Shown here: positions 23,561 through 38,299 of the stretch, in pieces
Numbering within the stretch: the stretch's first letter is position 1
Layout of the letters: each line of letters starts with the position of its first letter
NCBI GenBank assembly: GCA_951406725.2
Contig: OX597822.1
Location: forward strand, 6,262,001 to 6,326,000
Source of the DNA: Octopus vulgaris
Lineage: Eukaryota
DNA length: 64,000 nucleotides
Direction of reading: 5' to 3'
Notes under the pieces: model-generated
Seen by the model: only the letters and a program-made list of their open reading frames with translations
The model's database searches: none
What the model was told of the DNA's origin: nothing
Made by a program: the position numbers and the translations under genes

Positions 23561-24134
23561 CTATATATATATATAAATATATATATATATTTATGTATAT
23601 GTGAGCGCGTTGTTTGAAAACACGACTGCGTTCTACCAATACATTGATTCCTTTCATTCTGTTGTAGATTTCTTTGCGTTACATAGTATTGGTTAATATA
23701 TATTTTGTTAAAACAGTTTTAACTGACCCTTTATTGATATATAATAAACTTCGTCTAAAATAGCAACAACACATTGAATCAAGTTGAATATTTCTATTAA
23801 CCGTTTAGTTAATAGTATTCAAACGACATCCGCGAACCTTGTTCTTCGTGAGCTTCAAATAACATTTCTACATTTTCTAGCGCCACTTCTTTAAGTCGAA
23901 AATGTTTTGTCAAATTGCTATTGTTTTATTTTCTCTTTGATTGGGACAAGAAATAAAACAGAGTTGTTAACAATGAAAACAATAATGACTGCACAAATTA
24001 AACGAACGCACAAAACAAAAGTGTACAGACAGATGGCGTTAATATTAAAATTTCTAAAATCGATATTGTTTTACAAATGCTTTTCGGGCTTTCTCCTCAT
24101 AATGCAGGAAAAGAAATTAAAAAGTTGAATAGCT

Positions 24135-24280
<146 letters not shown>

Positions 24281-24993
24281 GATGATGGTGATGATATAAA
24301 GGCAATACTAAAATAAAAATACAACCGGAATCCATAAAACTTTCACTGAAACAATGTTTGAAAATTATTTAAATTTCAAATTAAAATTTGCTTGGGGTAT
24401 GTAAGTTTTGAGCAATTCAATTATCAGTTGAAAAATGCAATATTTTGTTTCTTTGAACAAATGCCCAAAAAACATAATATATTTAAAAAAATGGCCAAAA
24501 TATTAAAGCTTGAGAGTGAATTTCTATAATTTTAAGTCATTCAGAAACGTAAAGGTTTAAGGGGAAACTATTCTTTTTTTGTTTTTTGCAAACCTCGAAT
24601 CTTAAAATATGATGTCAAATTTTGTTTCAAAATTTGACACTTTATTTTAACATCACAATGGCGTATATACCAGCTGACTAAAAACATTGAGATTATCAAT
24701 TAAAAGGCAGCGTTAAATACACGTTAAAAATGTAATTTTAGACGTCATTCTATGACGTTTTTAATAATTGTAATGGTTTTAGATTTAGATAACACTGCGC
24801 ACGATCTACAAAAGGTAATAACAAATACCATTACTTATGTCAGGTTGAACTTATTTTATCAGTCTCTATTTGCCCAGGAGCTAGATTATGAGATACAACA
24901 TAAATAATAACCGGTTTTATTGTGGTTTAAATGTGAACACAATCACAATTCTGGGTTACGGAAAATGAATGCATAACACTCACATATATATGC

Positions 24994-25043
<50 letters not shown>

Positions 25044-25047
25044 TCAG

Positions 25048-25115
<68 letters not shown>

Positions 25116-25261
25116 GTCTATCTATATCTAGATATATATTGTATGTGCATATGTGTCTATACGCAGATGCCTCTGTGTTTTGTGTATATATATGTATGTA
25201 TATAACACAAAGGATGTCGCGATACACGTGTTTCAAGCTTATCAAGTATTCACCCTGAATT

Positions 25262-25296
<35 letters not shown>

Positions 25297-25369
25297 TGTG
25301 TGTGTGTGTGTATACGAACGAGGGATTGCTGGGTTTAAGATTGGTCAATAGAGACATTATCTTTTTTCT

Positions 25370-25620
25370 TTTATTTGTTTCAGCCATCAAATCGCGGCCA
25401 TACTGGGGCACCACTGTGAAGAATTTCATTTGAATTTATTGACCCCATTTCTCATTACACACTCATATACGGCGGGTTTCGTTCAATTTCCATTCACCAA
25501 ATCGACTCTCAAGGCTTTGATCAGGACAAGAGTCTATAGTAGAACGCAGTTACTCAAGGTGCCACGCAGTGGGAACCACGTGGTTGGGATGTAGACTTCT
25601 TATCGCACACACATGCCTGT
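25370..25620 (-). mobile_element. Degenerate SINE family A
   Basis: ttgtttcagccat..gcggccatactggggcacc and caaggtgccacgcagtggga motifs. Confidence 0.7.
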
Positions 25621-26265
25621 GTGTATATTGATATACATGGGATGACAGATATGCTTTGAAATGACAGTGACTATCTTGTTTTTGTCTTTTTTGCTGCCAT
25701 TTTCTCGACTGTGGAGAATTAGAAAACGGTGCTCCTCTTGCATAAACCATTGTTTCTAAAAAATTTGGTCTGCTGGTATATTTTGCCCCACAAACACAAT
25801 CGTGGCGTTTCTTTGTAACGATGAATTATCGCCACAATATTAGTTGTCTCCATGATGAGGGCAACCGGGACACTAAGGTCACTGAATTCCTCTTTGGAAT
25901 GCCGTCTGTTTTTTGGCAGGAGTGGGGACACAATAATGCTGAAGGGAGTGGAATGCAAATAATGGTGAAGATTCTGGCCGAAATGTACAGCAGAAGCCAG
26001 GAATATTCTTCTAACGGAAGACACATGGATAGATAATAGCTAAAGAGCTAATGCAATAGTTTACTAAATGTATGTATTTGAGAGAGACTGATGTGAAGCA
26101 TTAATTCTCTAAAGAAAAGAAAGAGGAAGCTAAAATGTTCTTAATACTTGATACCGATTTTCTAGCTACCATATTTGTACGATTGTATGTCTGCTGACGT
26201 GTTTATTTCAACAAAGGTAGGTGTAGACATTTATATATGCATCTTTATAAATATACTTTTTATTA

Positions 26266-26332
<67 letters not shown>

Positions 26333-26333
26333 G

Positions 26334-26365
<32 letters not shown>

Positions 26366-27113
26366 TACATGTATATTTATGCTTGTATATATATATATAT
26401 ATATCAATATATGCACGCACAAATATTTACACACACACATATGTATATATATATACATACATACATATATACATACACACATATGTATATTTATATGTAT
26501 GTATATGTACATACACAAATATTTATATTTCTATTTATGTATATAAATGAGCATTTAGAGATATGTCTACGTACGTGTGTCTATATATGTACGCATACAT
26601 GTACATATATACGTGCATATGTGTGTGAGAGTGAATATATGTGCGTTAATTCATGTGTTTATTTAAGCAATAATATACGAATTTTTGGACAGGTAACTAA
26701 ACAATGGGAATAGCATGGAAGTAAGACGTATGTGAAAAAAGACAGAGAGAAAGTGTGTATGTGTGTGTAGGAGTAGTGAGGATGAGATAGACATACACCA
26801 AAATAACATAAAATATCGGTCCAATTGAGTAAATATACAATTGCAACGTGTGAGAGCTCTGATAGAAAATCTACATTGATATTTAGACTATATTTACACA
26901 TGCAACTGCATGTGTCAGAATACAATTTATCATGATACCTTCAATGACTTCCTGTATATTTTACTCACAAGACACGTCATCCACACACTACGCCATGCCA
27001 CGCCACTCTCTACCACGCCAGAGTAAAACCTTCCCTATGCAGGTAATTTAATGCAGTACTGAATCGATTACAGTATTTGAACGTGTCAACCTGAACGAAC
27101 AGTATTCTTAACG

Positions 27114-27153
<40 letters not shown>

Positions 27154-28446
27154 GTATTAGTATTATTATTATTGAGACAGCAGCTCACGCCAACACGAGA
27201 ATTTTGTTTGCCAATATAACAAGTATTTCTAGATGAAATTTATTCTTTTTCGATTATTTCACAGAGAATATTGCAATGTCAGCAAGCTTGCCACAGCACC
27301 TCAGGTAGATAGAAGATTCATTTTAAATATCAATATTTTGCAGTTTATTCTCCGGAATTCCGTTGTATTTACAATAGTTTTCAACATCATTTTATCTACT
27401 TGAGGGATAGTAAAAGCTATCAAGAAAGGGAGAAAGAGTGTATATCCGTTCGAAAAGAAAATAGCCATATAATCTTCTAATGCAGGAAAAAAAAAAGGAA
27501 AACCAAAAGGTGTGAAAAGAAATAACAAAAATACCCCCCTGCACAAATAGTCTGAATTTTACACCTGAAAAGTAAATTTTCATAAGGAAACAAGAATAAC
27601 AAGAAGAGGAATAACACTCATTTCGAGAACGAAAAAAATCGCAAACACTTGCAAACGGAAGAAAATGAGTTAAAAGAGCAATTTTATCTATCTTCATGCT
27701 GAGAGTAAAAGGAAGATTTTAAACATATACTTCTAATGCAAAAAAAAGAGAAAAAAATTGTATATTTCACTTGACAAACTATTGTAACCATAAAAATTCC
27801 ACTTTATCAAAACCTTTCATTCAAGAGCAAACGAGAAGAAAATTTAACCACATTAATCGAAGAGCAACGGGACACATGCCTAGTCGGCTTGAGAGGAAAC
27901 ATTTCCTCTGTCGGTCGAGAAAACGGTTCTAGTGTCATGTGTTTAGATTTTGGGCTCTTAGCTCATAGTCATCTCTCTAGAGCAGTTGAGTTTCAACTGA
28001 CATTCAAATTCTAATAATACAAGAGTGTCACCAAATCATTTGAAGCTGCGCATTGTCTATGCTAGAAACAAATATGATTGGGTAATTTGCTGCTCAGTCT
28101 CAAGAAGAGGAAAATCTTGATCTCATTTGTCTCTCTAGTCTGCTTTTTCGTTCTCTGTATGTTTTATCTATCCTACTTCGTTTAGTATGCTCTGCATACT
28201 CCATGTATCACTCCAGAATTCTGTGCTCTCCTCTGCATCTGCCATTGCATTATTTCTCTTTTCTGTTCCTTCAAATTTCTCTAAGTTTTTAACAAAGTCT
28301 TACAACAATCTGTTTGGTTGTAATTGATGTATTTTACTTCCAAACCTCTTGGTCACTGTTTTTTATTGGCAACATTTGTTTAAAGTTTCCGATGTCTAAT
28401 GGTGACTTTTTGCTGTCTAGATCGTATTTTGCTTTATTCTTTTGTT

Positions 28447-28845
28447 CTTTTACTTGTTTCAGTCATTTGACTGCGGCCATGCTGGAGCACCGCCTTTAGT
28501 CGAGCAAATCGACCCCGGGACTTATTCTTTGTAAGCCCAGTACTTATTCTATCGGTCTCTTTTGCCGAACCGCTAAGTGACGGGGACGTTAACACACCAG
28601 CATCGGTTGTCAAGCAATGCTAGGGGGACAAACACAGGCATACAAACATATAGACACACACATATATATATATACATATATATGACAGACTTCTTTCAGT
28701 TTCCGTCTACCAAATCCACTCACAAAGCATTGGTCGGCCCGGGGCAATAGCGGAAGACACTTGCCCAAGATTCCACGCAGTGGGACTGAACCCGGAACCA
28801 TGTGGCTGGTTAGCAAGCTACTTACCACACAGCCACTCCTGCGCC
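28447..28845 (-). mobile_element. Full-length SINE family A
   Basis: Full reverse-complement match to the family. Confidence 0.93.
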
Positions 28846-29311
28846 TGCTGTTTCGTTTTAGGACATAAATTCCTCTTTTATAAGGATCTTAATTTGCCAG
28901 TTCATCCTTCGCTTCCACCAGGTTTCCTCTCACCAATGTAATCCTAAAACAACCTTGGTTTGTTCTGGATATAGCACTTCGCCACCAGCTTGTTTAGTTC
29001 TTTCCTGCAACACATTTTTTCCCTTTACTTTTGCAGTGGCAGGATGACGACCTGTGGATGAACGCCTTTCTACGCCATTACTGCCAAACACGACACTTTT
29101 ACTATTGGTTTCAGTATCGTTCTTACCATTTTTCGAAGAGTTTTCATTTTACGTTATAATGTTTTTTTTTACAATTGCATTCTGATTCTTTACGCTCTGG
29201 CTTCAACTTCTGCCGGAACTAACTTTGTCTTCCATCTTTTCGTAAATAAATACCTGTCAGGTACTGAGGTTCAGGAAATCGACTAAATTCTCTCTACTCT
29301 TAAGTCTCTGG

Positions 29312-29440
29312 CCTCCTCCTCCTCCTCCTCCTCCTTCTTCTTCTTCTTCTTCTTCTTCTTCTTCTTCTTCTTCTTCTTCTTCTTCTTCTTCTTCTTCTTC
29401 TTCTTCTTCTTCTTCTTCTTCTTCTTCTTCTTCTTCTTCT
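29312..29440. repeat. (CCT)n-(CTT)n microsatellite
   Basis: Direct reading. Confidence 0.95.
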
Positions 29441-29441
29441 G

Positions 29442-29636
29442 AAGGTGGTTAGCTGGCTGAGTCGTTATCACGCTGCTCGAATTTGCCTAGCGGCATTTCG
29501 TTCGCCGCTAGGTTCTCAGTTCAAATTCTGGTGAGGTCGACGTTACCTTTCATCCTTTTGTGGTCGATGTAACCGACATATCCCCTCCCCCAAGGTTGCT
29601 GCCCTTGTGGAAAATTTGAAACGTTATTATTATTAT
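29442..29636 (+). mobile_element. Degenerate SINE family B with (ATT)n tail
   Basis: aaggtggttagctggc head, gttctcagttcaaattc, gcccttgtggaaaatttgaaac then attattatt. Confidence 0.75.
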
Positions 29637-30505
29637 TTTTGTTGCCTTTGCACAGCTTCTAACGCTGGAGATATACTACGGTGTCAGCTGTTCACTACCT
29701 GTGAACTAAGGTAAGACCACTTATTTTTCGAGCACCTTCCGGAGTATTGTAGCAGTTCCAAGCAGTGCTGTTTTTCTGTAAGTGTTTCACTCATATTGCA
29801 GCCCCTATTTGTTCCATGTACTTTTCGAGATTTATGCTCACTGTTCCCAGGGCTCCGACAATTATTGGTGTTACTGCTACCTATTTCATCGACCACATCT
29901 GCTTAACTTCCCAAGCTAACCTTTCATATCTATCGACATTTCTTTCTTCCTAATCGCATACCTTGTTGTCAGCTGAGCATGCTATGTCTATGATCCAGCA
30001 AAGTTTGTTTTCTGTCTCAAGACTATGTCTAGCTTTCTGTTCTCAATCTCATGGTCACACTGAGTAACAAGTTCCCATAGGATCTTTGCATTTCTATTTT
30101 CGAGAATGCCTTCAGGTTTGTGGTTGTAGCAATTTTTTGCTCTGTCAAGTCCATACTTGTTGCAAAGTGTCCAATGGACAAGCCTGGATATATTATCGTG
30201 GTGTCTCTTATATTCTTGTCTTTCTGTCTAAGCTGTTTACTTCGTCTACTGTCCATGCGATTACCCCTGGTCCATATCTTAGGAGTGAAACCGCCCAGGT
30301 GTTGATAGCTTCGATCTGATTCCGTCCGTTTAATTTCGACTTAAGGATCAGTCTCAATCTAGGTAAATGCTCCACCTTAATTATTTTTGTCATTCCTTTG
30401 TCCATAAATTTATCCGTTTCTAAAATGCCCAACTAGTTATAGCCCATCTCTTCTATCTGCTTCATAACCTCCATCGACGGTATCGTTAGTCCGCCCATGC
30501 ATTTG
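29637..30505 (-). mobile_element. R4/Dong LINE 3' fragment, internally deleted
   Basis: LGILE..., LILKSKLNGRNQIEAINTWAVSLLRY, LDRKTR then RHD; RLE-type ending (IIVGALGT) at about 29840-29870. Confidence 0.85.
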
Positions 30506-30587
<82 letters not shown>

Positions 30588-30592
<5 letters not shown>

Positions 30593-30817
30593 TAGTTTTA
30601 TTTTTATTTTTATAGCGTGCTTTCACTGCACTACCGAGCGCAGCTCTGTGTGCCTTGGGTATGTGCTGTGATTTGTTGTGATGCTCTGATGGTTATTGTA
30701 TGGAAAGTGTTCTGCGTAGGATGTGTGCAGTGCCTAGTAGTGCAATTTTCTGTATGTTATATGTGTTTGTAAGTCCTGGTGTTTTTGTTATGTATTTGTC
30801 TGAATATTTTTTTATCA

Positions 30818-30818
<1 letters not shown>
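30588..30818 (-). mobile_element. R4/Dong 3' stub, same subfamily as 7607 and 9021
   Basis: MIKKYSDKYITKTPGLTNTYNIQKIALLGTAHILRRTLSIQ plus the shared 3' UTR, flanked by (ATC)/(ATT)n. Confidence 0.9.
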
Positions 30819-30901
<83 letters not shown>

Positions 30902-30909
30902 CATTATCA

Positions 30910-30999
<90 letters not shown>

Positions 31000-31004
31000 C
31001 TATT

Positions 31005-31435
31005 AAGTGAGTGAGAGAGCACTGCATGCCACCAAAGTGACTCTGGGGTAAAATATACGAAGCCAAGTATACCCATTATGACTACCCGTCTGATAAGGGT
31101 ACATCAGGAACAAACATTACAACCATACGTGCGTGACATGGTGGTCTCATACCAGGATTAACAGCGCATGACATTGCAGGTTAGAATATTCTTCAGGTCG
31201 AGTAGCCCATCCCGTTCAAAAGGTCACTGAATAAGGTCTGTCTAGGGATGTTGAACGAAACACCCATATTTCTAGAGGTGAATTTCCGAAACCCAAATAA
31301 TTCCTCTCAACACATGGCTATGATGTTACCCCACTACTTCTACTCGTGATCAGAGATGCACATATCGTCAACCACTAAGGGACATGCACAACTGGTTAAG
31401 GTCAAACAACTGACAAGCAAATCTGTATTCTTAAC
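31005..31435. repeat. Unclassified interspersed element between trinucleotide tracts
   Basis: Complex, GC-richer ~430-bp block bounded by (TAG)n and (ATT)n. No second copy in the window, so family and strand are not determined. Confidence 0.35.
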
Positions 31436-31488
31436 GTTTATTATTATTATTATTATTATAATTGTTATTATTATTGTTATTATTATTA

Positions 31489-31561
<73 letters not shown>

Positions 31562-31562
<1 letters not shown>

Positions 31563-33805
31563 GACGTCGCATAGTATACATTACCTTGAGGTTGTTCATT
31601 GAAGATATTTCTATGTTTCTTGTTTTTACTTTTTGTCAAGTCACAAGGAACTCAGGCAGAGAGTACTTTACGCAATGTGTGTGCAGTTCCAAGTGATTCC
31701 GACTTTTGCTATACACCTAGATTGTAGCGTATTTCTAAACTTTCCAGTTATTTTTTTAGATTAGGTGGTATTGAATTCAATGCTCCGATAACAATAGGGA
31801 TAACTTTTATGTTTGAATCTCGTAAGTGTCACATCTTAGCAATCTGAATTCTCCATATTTATCAGCCTCTTCTCTTTCTTTCATGATGATATGTTGATTT
31901 GGCCCCGTCACGTCAATTATTAAGCACTCTTGTGTGTCCCTCCTAAAGGTTACTATATCCGGCCTTTGGTGCTCTTATACCTTGCCTGCCTGGAATTCAA
32001 AGTCTCAGGATTTTTGCCCTCCCCTTTTCGTCCATTACATTTTCCGGAGTATCTTGATATCAAGCACCCGTAATCTCATATCCATACTTAAACATGGTAG
32101 CCAGTGGAGGTTTTGGGCTACCTTGTCGTTTCTACGCATGTAATCTTTCTGCGCCAGACTTTCACAAGCACTAACAATGAGGTTCACCCTTTTGAACCTC
32201 TTCCCACGCATTCTGCAGAGGTCCATTGCACTTGTGTGATACATATTTTTTTTCACTGAGTTGGTATTCAATGACCAGTCCTGAGCAGCGATGATTGAGC
32301 TATCAGTATTCTTTCTTAGATCACCTTTTTTAAACCACTTCCATGATGCTTCCTGGTCTTTTTATTTGTTGGCTTCACGGTAGAATTGACCATGTAATTC
32401 CATGCGGAGTTGGATTTCTTCTCTCTCATTCGCTGTCCTTGATCGGAAATTAATGAACGCTCTCAAGTCCATGTTTGTTAAATCCTTCTACATTAGCAGT
32501 ATACTGCAACAGGTCTTGTTTGCTGTTTAGCAAATATTCTACCATGTTTCTTCTTTCACCGTTGATGCACTTCCGTACACTAATCAGCTCACGTCCAACT
32601 TTACCCCTCAACGTGTAGAGCCTGTGTACATTTACCGTAGAGTGGAGGGTGCCATACATTGTCATTGTCTTTCGGGTAGTGTGATCGAGTTGGTTATTCT
32701 CTGCTTGTGTCCATTTAAGGGATGAGTGCACTATAGCGGAATGCTGCAACCACCTATATGTTGATGGCAGTCACAAAGTTCTTTGAGCTGAGTTTTGATT
32801 TTAAGAGAAGTTTAAGGCGCTTGAAAATTGCAGTGATGACCTTGCCTTTCATTACTTTACGCAAGATATTTCCCAGTTCCAGGATCCCAAGATACTTGTA
32901 CCCATCATCCGGGTTTTCCATTATCTCTCTGTTTGGCAATTCTATGCACCTACAATTTATTCTTTTCCCCCGTTTCAAAGTAAGCACCGCACACTTCGAG
33001 AAACCGAATTCCATCCCTAAATCCTTGCCGCATATTTTCACGGTCTCAACCAGCCCCTCTATTTCAGGCTCTGTTTATACGAACAGTCTTAAATCATCCA
33101 TGAAGAGAAGGTGATTAGGACGTGGTCCATTCTTTCTCAGCTCATAGTGTGCGTTGACTTTGCGTAGGACTACAGAAAGTGGGATCAAGGCTACAACAAA
33201 TAACAGTGGTGAACAAGAGTCTCCTTGGAAGATACCTCTTTTGATTGTTACCTCGGCTAAGTATTCCAACTAGGCATGACGTTTTCAATCAATACACACA
33301 CGTTCTTAGCTATTCCACATATGTCGAGGGTTCCGAAAATTCATGAATGCGGCAACATGTCGTGAGCGTTTCTGAAGTCTATCCAGGCCATACATCAGTT
33401 TTCTTGGTACAGTTCTTCATTATAACCTTGTCTATCACAAGGTGGTCCTTGGTACCTTTGGATCCTTATCGGTATTCCTTTTTTTCTAATGGCAGTAGAT
33501 TGTTTTCCGAAAGGAACGTATATATTTTCTCTTCGAGGAAACCTGTTAATACTTTCTATAAGAGTTTAAGATAAGTAATACGTCGGTAATTGCGAGTTGC
33601 TTTGCCCTTTGACCGAGCTTTCATAAACATTATTGTTTTCCCTCTATCATCCAATCCGGAACTGCACCGCTCTGTAGGCAACTGTCTAATTGCACCGCAA
33701 TTCTCTTGTGTGTTGACCTAAACCACTCGAGTCAGTAGCCTCGAATTCCGTCTGGTCCTGCTGCTTTCCAGTTTAGCTTTTGTTATACATATGCCATGAC
33801 ATCTT
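31562..33805 (-). mobile_element. R4/Dong LINE, longest fragment (RT domain through RLE), pseudogenised
   Basis: RGIFQGDSCSPLLF, NHLLFMDDL, GMEFGFSKCA, YKYLGILE, LCRM...LIVSACESLAQ, LHWL; many stops and frameshifts; (ATT)n at the 3' end. Confidence 0.92.
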
Positions 33806-33829
33806 CCGCTGTTATATTATTATTATCAT

Positions 33830-34045
33830 TAAGGTGGTTAGCTCGCAGAGTCGTTACCACACTGGACGAAATGCTTCCAGTATTTCGACAGTTGCTACGT
33901 TCTGAGTTCAAAATCCGCCGAGGTCGACTTTGACTTACATACTTCCGGAGTCGATAAATTAAGTACCAGTGAAACAGTGGTGTAGATGTAATCAACTAGT
34001 CACCTCCCGCAAAATCGTTGCCCTTGTGACAAAATTTGAAACTAT
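33830..34045 (+). mobile_element. SINE family B
   Basis: ctacgttctgagttcaaaatccgccgaggtcgactttg...aagtaccagt...cccttgtgacaaaatttgaaac followed by (ATT). Confidence 0.8.
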
Positions 34046-35814
34046 TATTGTTATTATTGTATTATTAATATTGTTGTTGTTTTTGTTGTTGTTGTTGTTG
34101 TTATTATTATTATTATCATTATTATTATTATTATTGCCATAATCCTGGGTGGGGGAATTGACAACATCGTTAGAACGTTATAAAAGGTTTTGTGGTATTT
34201 ATTCAGTCAGTATGCGATTTGATATCAAGCCTCGCCGTGCTCCTTTTGTGTTTCAACTCTGGAGTCGACAAAATAAGCTACCAGTGAAATACCCTAAGGA
34301 TTTAACCATCTAACGTACCCCACTAGAATATTTCAGGTCTCATAATTAATGTTACAAACAATCGTTATTATGGTGGTGTTGGTGACGTTGTTAATGATGA
34401 TGCTGCTGCTGCTGGTGGTAGCGTGAAGAGGAAATCATAGTCATGATGAGACCAATGGTTGATGAGAGTAGCGAGGAAGTGGAAGATGATGACGAGGAAA
34501 ACAAAAAGGAGAAGGATGAGTGTGACGGAAAGGATAAAGAGGATAAAGAGAGAATAAAGAAGAGAAGGAGGAAGAATGTGATAGTGATGTTAAATCATGA
34601 CGCATTTTCTGATATTCTTTAAACATTATTTAAAAATATTTTCAGGTTCTAAAACTGGCAACAAAAAATCTTTCAATATATATTTATTTGTTATTATTTG
34701 GTTTTATTTATTATCGCTAAATTTAAATAAAAAAACAACCAGTCAACCACCTAACCACCAACCAACCAACCAGCAAGCGAATAAACAAACCAGACAGCGA
34801 ACCATTTGAGTTGAAGAATTAGTCGTAACTAAGGTCGTTTGCATTGCTCTTGTTTATCCAAGATTTTTCTGGAGTTTGTCCAAATTTATCAAAGAAAAAC
34901 TCATTTGCCAATAGCGCTTTCTTTTTTTCTCTTAAACTTTCACTTTTGGCTATTGTGTTCAAGAAGAACAGTTGCCAATGTTTTTGTCTTTAAAACTGCC
35001 TTGATTCATTGTTGAATCAAAATAATTTACTGTTTTCTTTGTGTTTTCAAGTGGTTAGATGGATTGTTCTGATAAGTTTATCTGAAACACTGCAGTTCGT
35101 CGCTGCCGGAATTTGGTTTCTACTCATGTCTTGTGTTGAAAAAAAAACCACTTCCTCTTTCAATTATTAGCTCAGTGAATATTTATTCAACAATAAAAAA
35201 CATTTTCGGTTAATCAGATAATTAATTGTATGAGTCATTACGTTCTTGCTTGGTTAGGTAAACCAAGATCTCAAATAATGTAGTCTTCGTTAATAATGAA
35301 TCATTTTGCATATGTTCTTGAATTGGGATTGAACTTACAAGCTTTAATTCCCCGCAAGTTTCTAACTATTTCATGCACCACCACGAAGCGTCTATACTCA
35401 TAGTTCTTATACAGGAAAGTAGCTTGCCTAGTAAAGTGACTAGCTTACAAGGCGAGGCAAATATCAAACGGTGCTATGAATTGTGTCGAGTGTTCAGAAA
35501 AGTTGTGATTTATAAGAGAAATATTTAAATCGAGTACGCTGATAATATTTTAAAGACACTTACACAATCTTTGTTAGGATCAGAATCCATCTAGGACATT
35601 CTATTATGAGTGTGCAGAAAAATAACTCATGACTCATGATGCATTTAGGATTCATGTAGTTAAATAGATGATTGAATGAAATTTATTTATAATATTTATG
35701 ATAATTTATAATATCTATAATAATATTTATAATAGTTTATTTATAATATTATTTACGAAAATTAAACGATAAGATTTCGTTTTTGGATTTGGTTTGCAAG
35801 ATTCTTTATGTGAG

Positions 35815-36128
35815 TTCGTCTGTTGAAACATATTCTGTTGTATCTGGGGAGAGTCATTCTCTTTTTGTGCCTTATAATTTAACACACTTACCGGTAAAAT
35901 TTCCACTTGTTTCTTTTTTTTATTTTCCAAAAATTTTCCTTGCGTCCTGCAACCTTTTCAATAGTTTTGAGTCAAGACTATTGAAAAGGCTGCAAAGTGC
36001 AACGAAAATTTTAGGACAATAAAAAAGAAATAAGTGGAAATTTTACCGGTGAGTGTGTTAAATTATAAGGCACTAAAAGAGAATGACTTTTCCCAGACCC
36101 AACAAAAGAATAAAATATTCTGACGAAA
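35815..36128. repeat. ~310-bp fold-back palindrome centred at about 35971
   Basis: gtgccttataatttaacacacttaccggtaaaatttccactt / aagtggaaattttaccggtgagtgtgttaaattataaggcac; inner ccttttcaatagttttga-g-tcaagactattgaaaagg. Confidence 0.92.
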
Positions 36129-38299
36129 ATATGTGAGCCTCCGTTATGAATGCAAAAGAACTGGTCGGGAACGTGTGTATATCTATGGGTACACTGCTAT
36201 CCAGCCCTGCGCAGAGGAGAACTCGGATAACACACAACATTGGAAACGGCTGACATTCAATATTTTCTTCTCATAAACAGCACAACTGGAACACAACCTA
36301 TGAAATATCCAGGCAATAATTTGTTCCAGCTGCAGTGCATATGTTCGCAGGGAAGACGAATATAGTTTGAATTTCTCTAATTAGTCAGTACGTAACTTTA
36401 AATTAATTTCATGTCAATTGTTTTCACTCTCCTTCTACACAACTAACGAATTCTGACAAAAATCTCTTATTAAAATCCGTCATATGTCTTTCCTAGTTTC
36501 TCTTTGTATAAATATTTTCTCCACTCTGTCTCTCGTATAATAACAAAATAATATATTACAATAAATAAAACCCGAATCGTCTTGTATTAATGTGGTTCAA
36601 GCAGATCGATATCTATAGAAAATTCAGTTAAATAAATACTTAAAGATTATACGGTATACACTATTGTATTAAACTTAAACATGCTTTATTAACCAAAAGA
36701 AAATTAATATTGACTTCTTGCTTGATGGTTCTCCCTTTGAATTGTCAGCAAATAACGAAAGACCAATGAAACAAAGCATATAAATGTTTTATTGCTTCAA
36801 CGTTTAGTTTGATATCTTTTACATCACTAATAAAATTAATAGTATTTTATCTGAAATTTTTATTATAACGTTTCATTGTTCTAAACTGGTTTTATACATG
36901 CACTATTATAGAAACCATCGCCGATTCTAGTAGATTCCATGCATATTTAATGAAGGACGTCTCTAGTCCATACAAATAACTAGAAATTGCTATATTGTTG
37001 ATGGGTAAGAGAATATAGATAATGTGCAACGCTGCATAATTACTCCCTGATTGGTTAGAATAGTCTTCAGCTTTTGTTTTTTTTTTTGTAAAACTTGAAG
37101 TGTTTGTAAAACATCACTTGACGAACGGAGATGCTGAGTTCCAAAGGTTTGAAAACCACGGTTCAATATGATTGCTTCAACTGTATGAAATAACAGCCAT
37201 ATCTCCCTGAATTAATGGTCTACCTCTTAAAAAGGGTATGTCATATATAGGCCCATGTGTATGTTTAATAAAAAGAAATACGAAAAGATTAAAGCTAATT
37301 GGAAACATTTCTTCATGTGTCTTAACCACAACGCCCTGAAAATCACGACTACCCCTTTATCTTGCAGTATATTAAATGCTTTGTGTTGTATATTCAACTG
37401 AAATGCACATTTAATAATTTCGTTCTGTTTAATGTAGATTATATAGTTTTTGCAGGACGCAAGAACTTAGAAAAAATTATGACACATCTGGTTGTTAGCA
37501 TTTTATGGAAATTATTATTTGCTTCGATTTTAGACTCATTCCGTGAGTGATGCTAAAGCTCACATCTGTTTCAAAGATTTCTTGCAAGAACGGTGTCCCA
37601 GCAGTGAACACTCGTTTGAAAAAATACTGCCATATATCTAAGATAATAAAGTATATTAATCTATTTATAGTAAGGTGCGGAGGTGTTTGCGAGAGATGTG
37701 TCTTCTAAGATGAACGCTATGGTGACCTCACCGAAGCTCTCTCGTTGATACATTTTATTTGGTTATTGTAATTATTTTTTGGTCTTCATAATCGCTTAAT
37801 AATTGCCATTATTTACCACCATTCTCTTTATTTGCCTATTAATGTAAGCATTATCTTGTATAGGTTGAAATGATACTGCAAGTTAAGAGAAAAGAATGGG
37901 TGAGGCCAATTTCTCTTACTTTCTCATTTTACAAACAAGCTCTCATGTTCTCATATTACACGATTTAATACTATATAATTCTTCTCTATCACTGCTTCTT
38001 TCTACTGATCTCGTGTGCCATTTCCTTTTCTTGTGATAAAATCCCAGCACAAATACAGATAGCTCATTAGCTACTGTGAATTCTGTAAAATGTATGCCTC
38101 ATTTCTGTCCTCCCCGCATACACAGTCCCCACACTCACACATACATATATACCTTATATATCATGTATCTTGTAAAGAATTATTTTATAACACCTTTGGG
38201 AAGGATATGAATTTTACATCTTATTTTCTCGATTCCATAAAATTTATGGCTGCGTAACTTGTCACTATATTTTGCCATTTTTGTAGATAAAATTTTAAT

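Noticed and set aside
25780-26030. Possible RTE-type RT relic (IVSPLLPKN...); similar faint LINE traces at 21000-21900, 27900-29270, 46800-47600, 57090-57460
   Set aside because: Too degraded to delimit or classify by eye; needs a frameshift-aware profile search.
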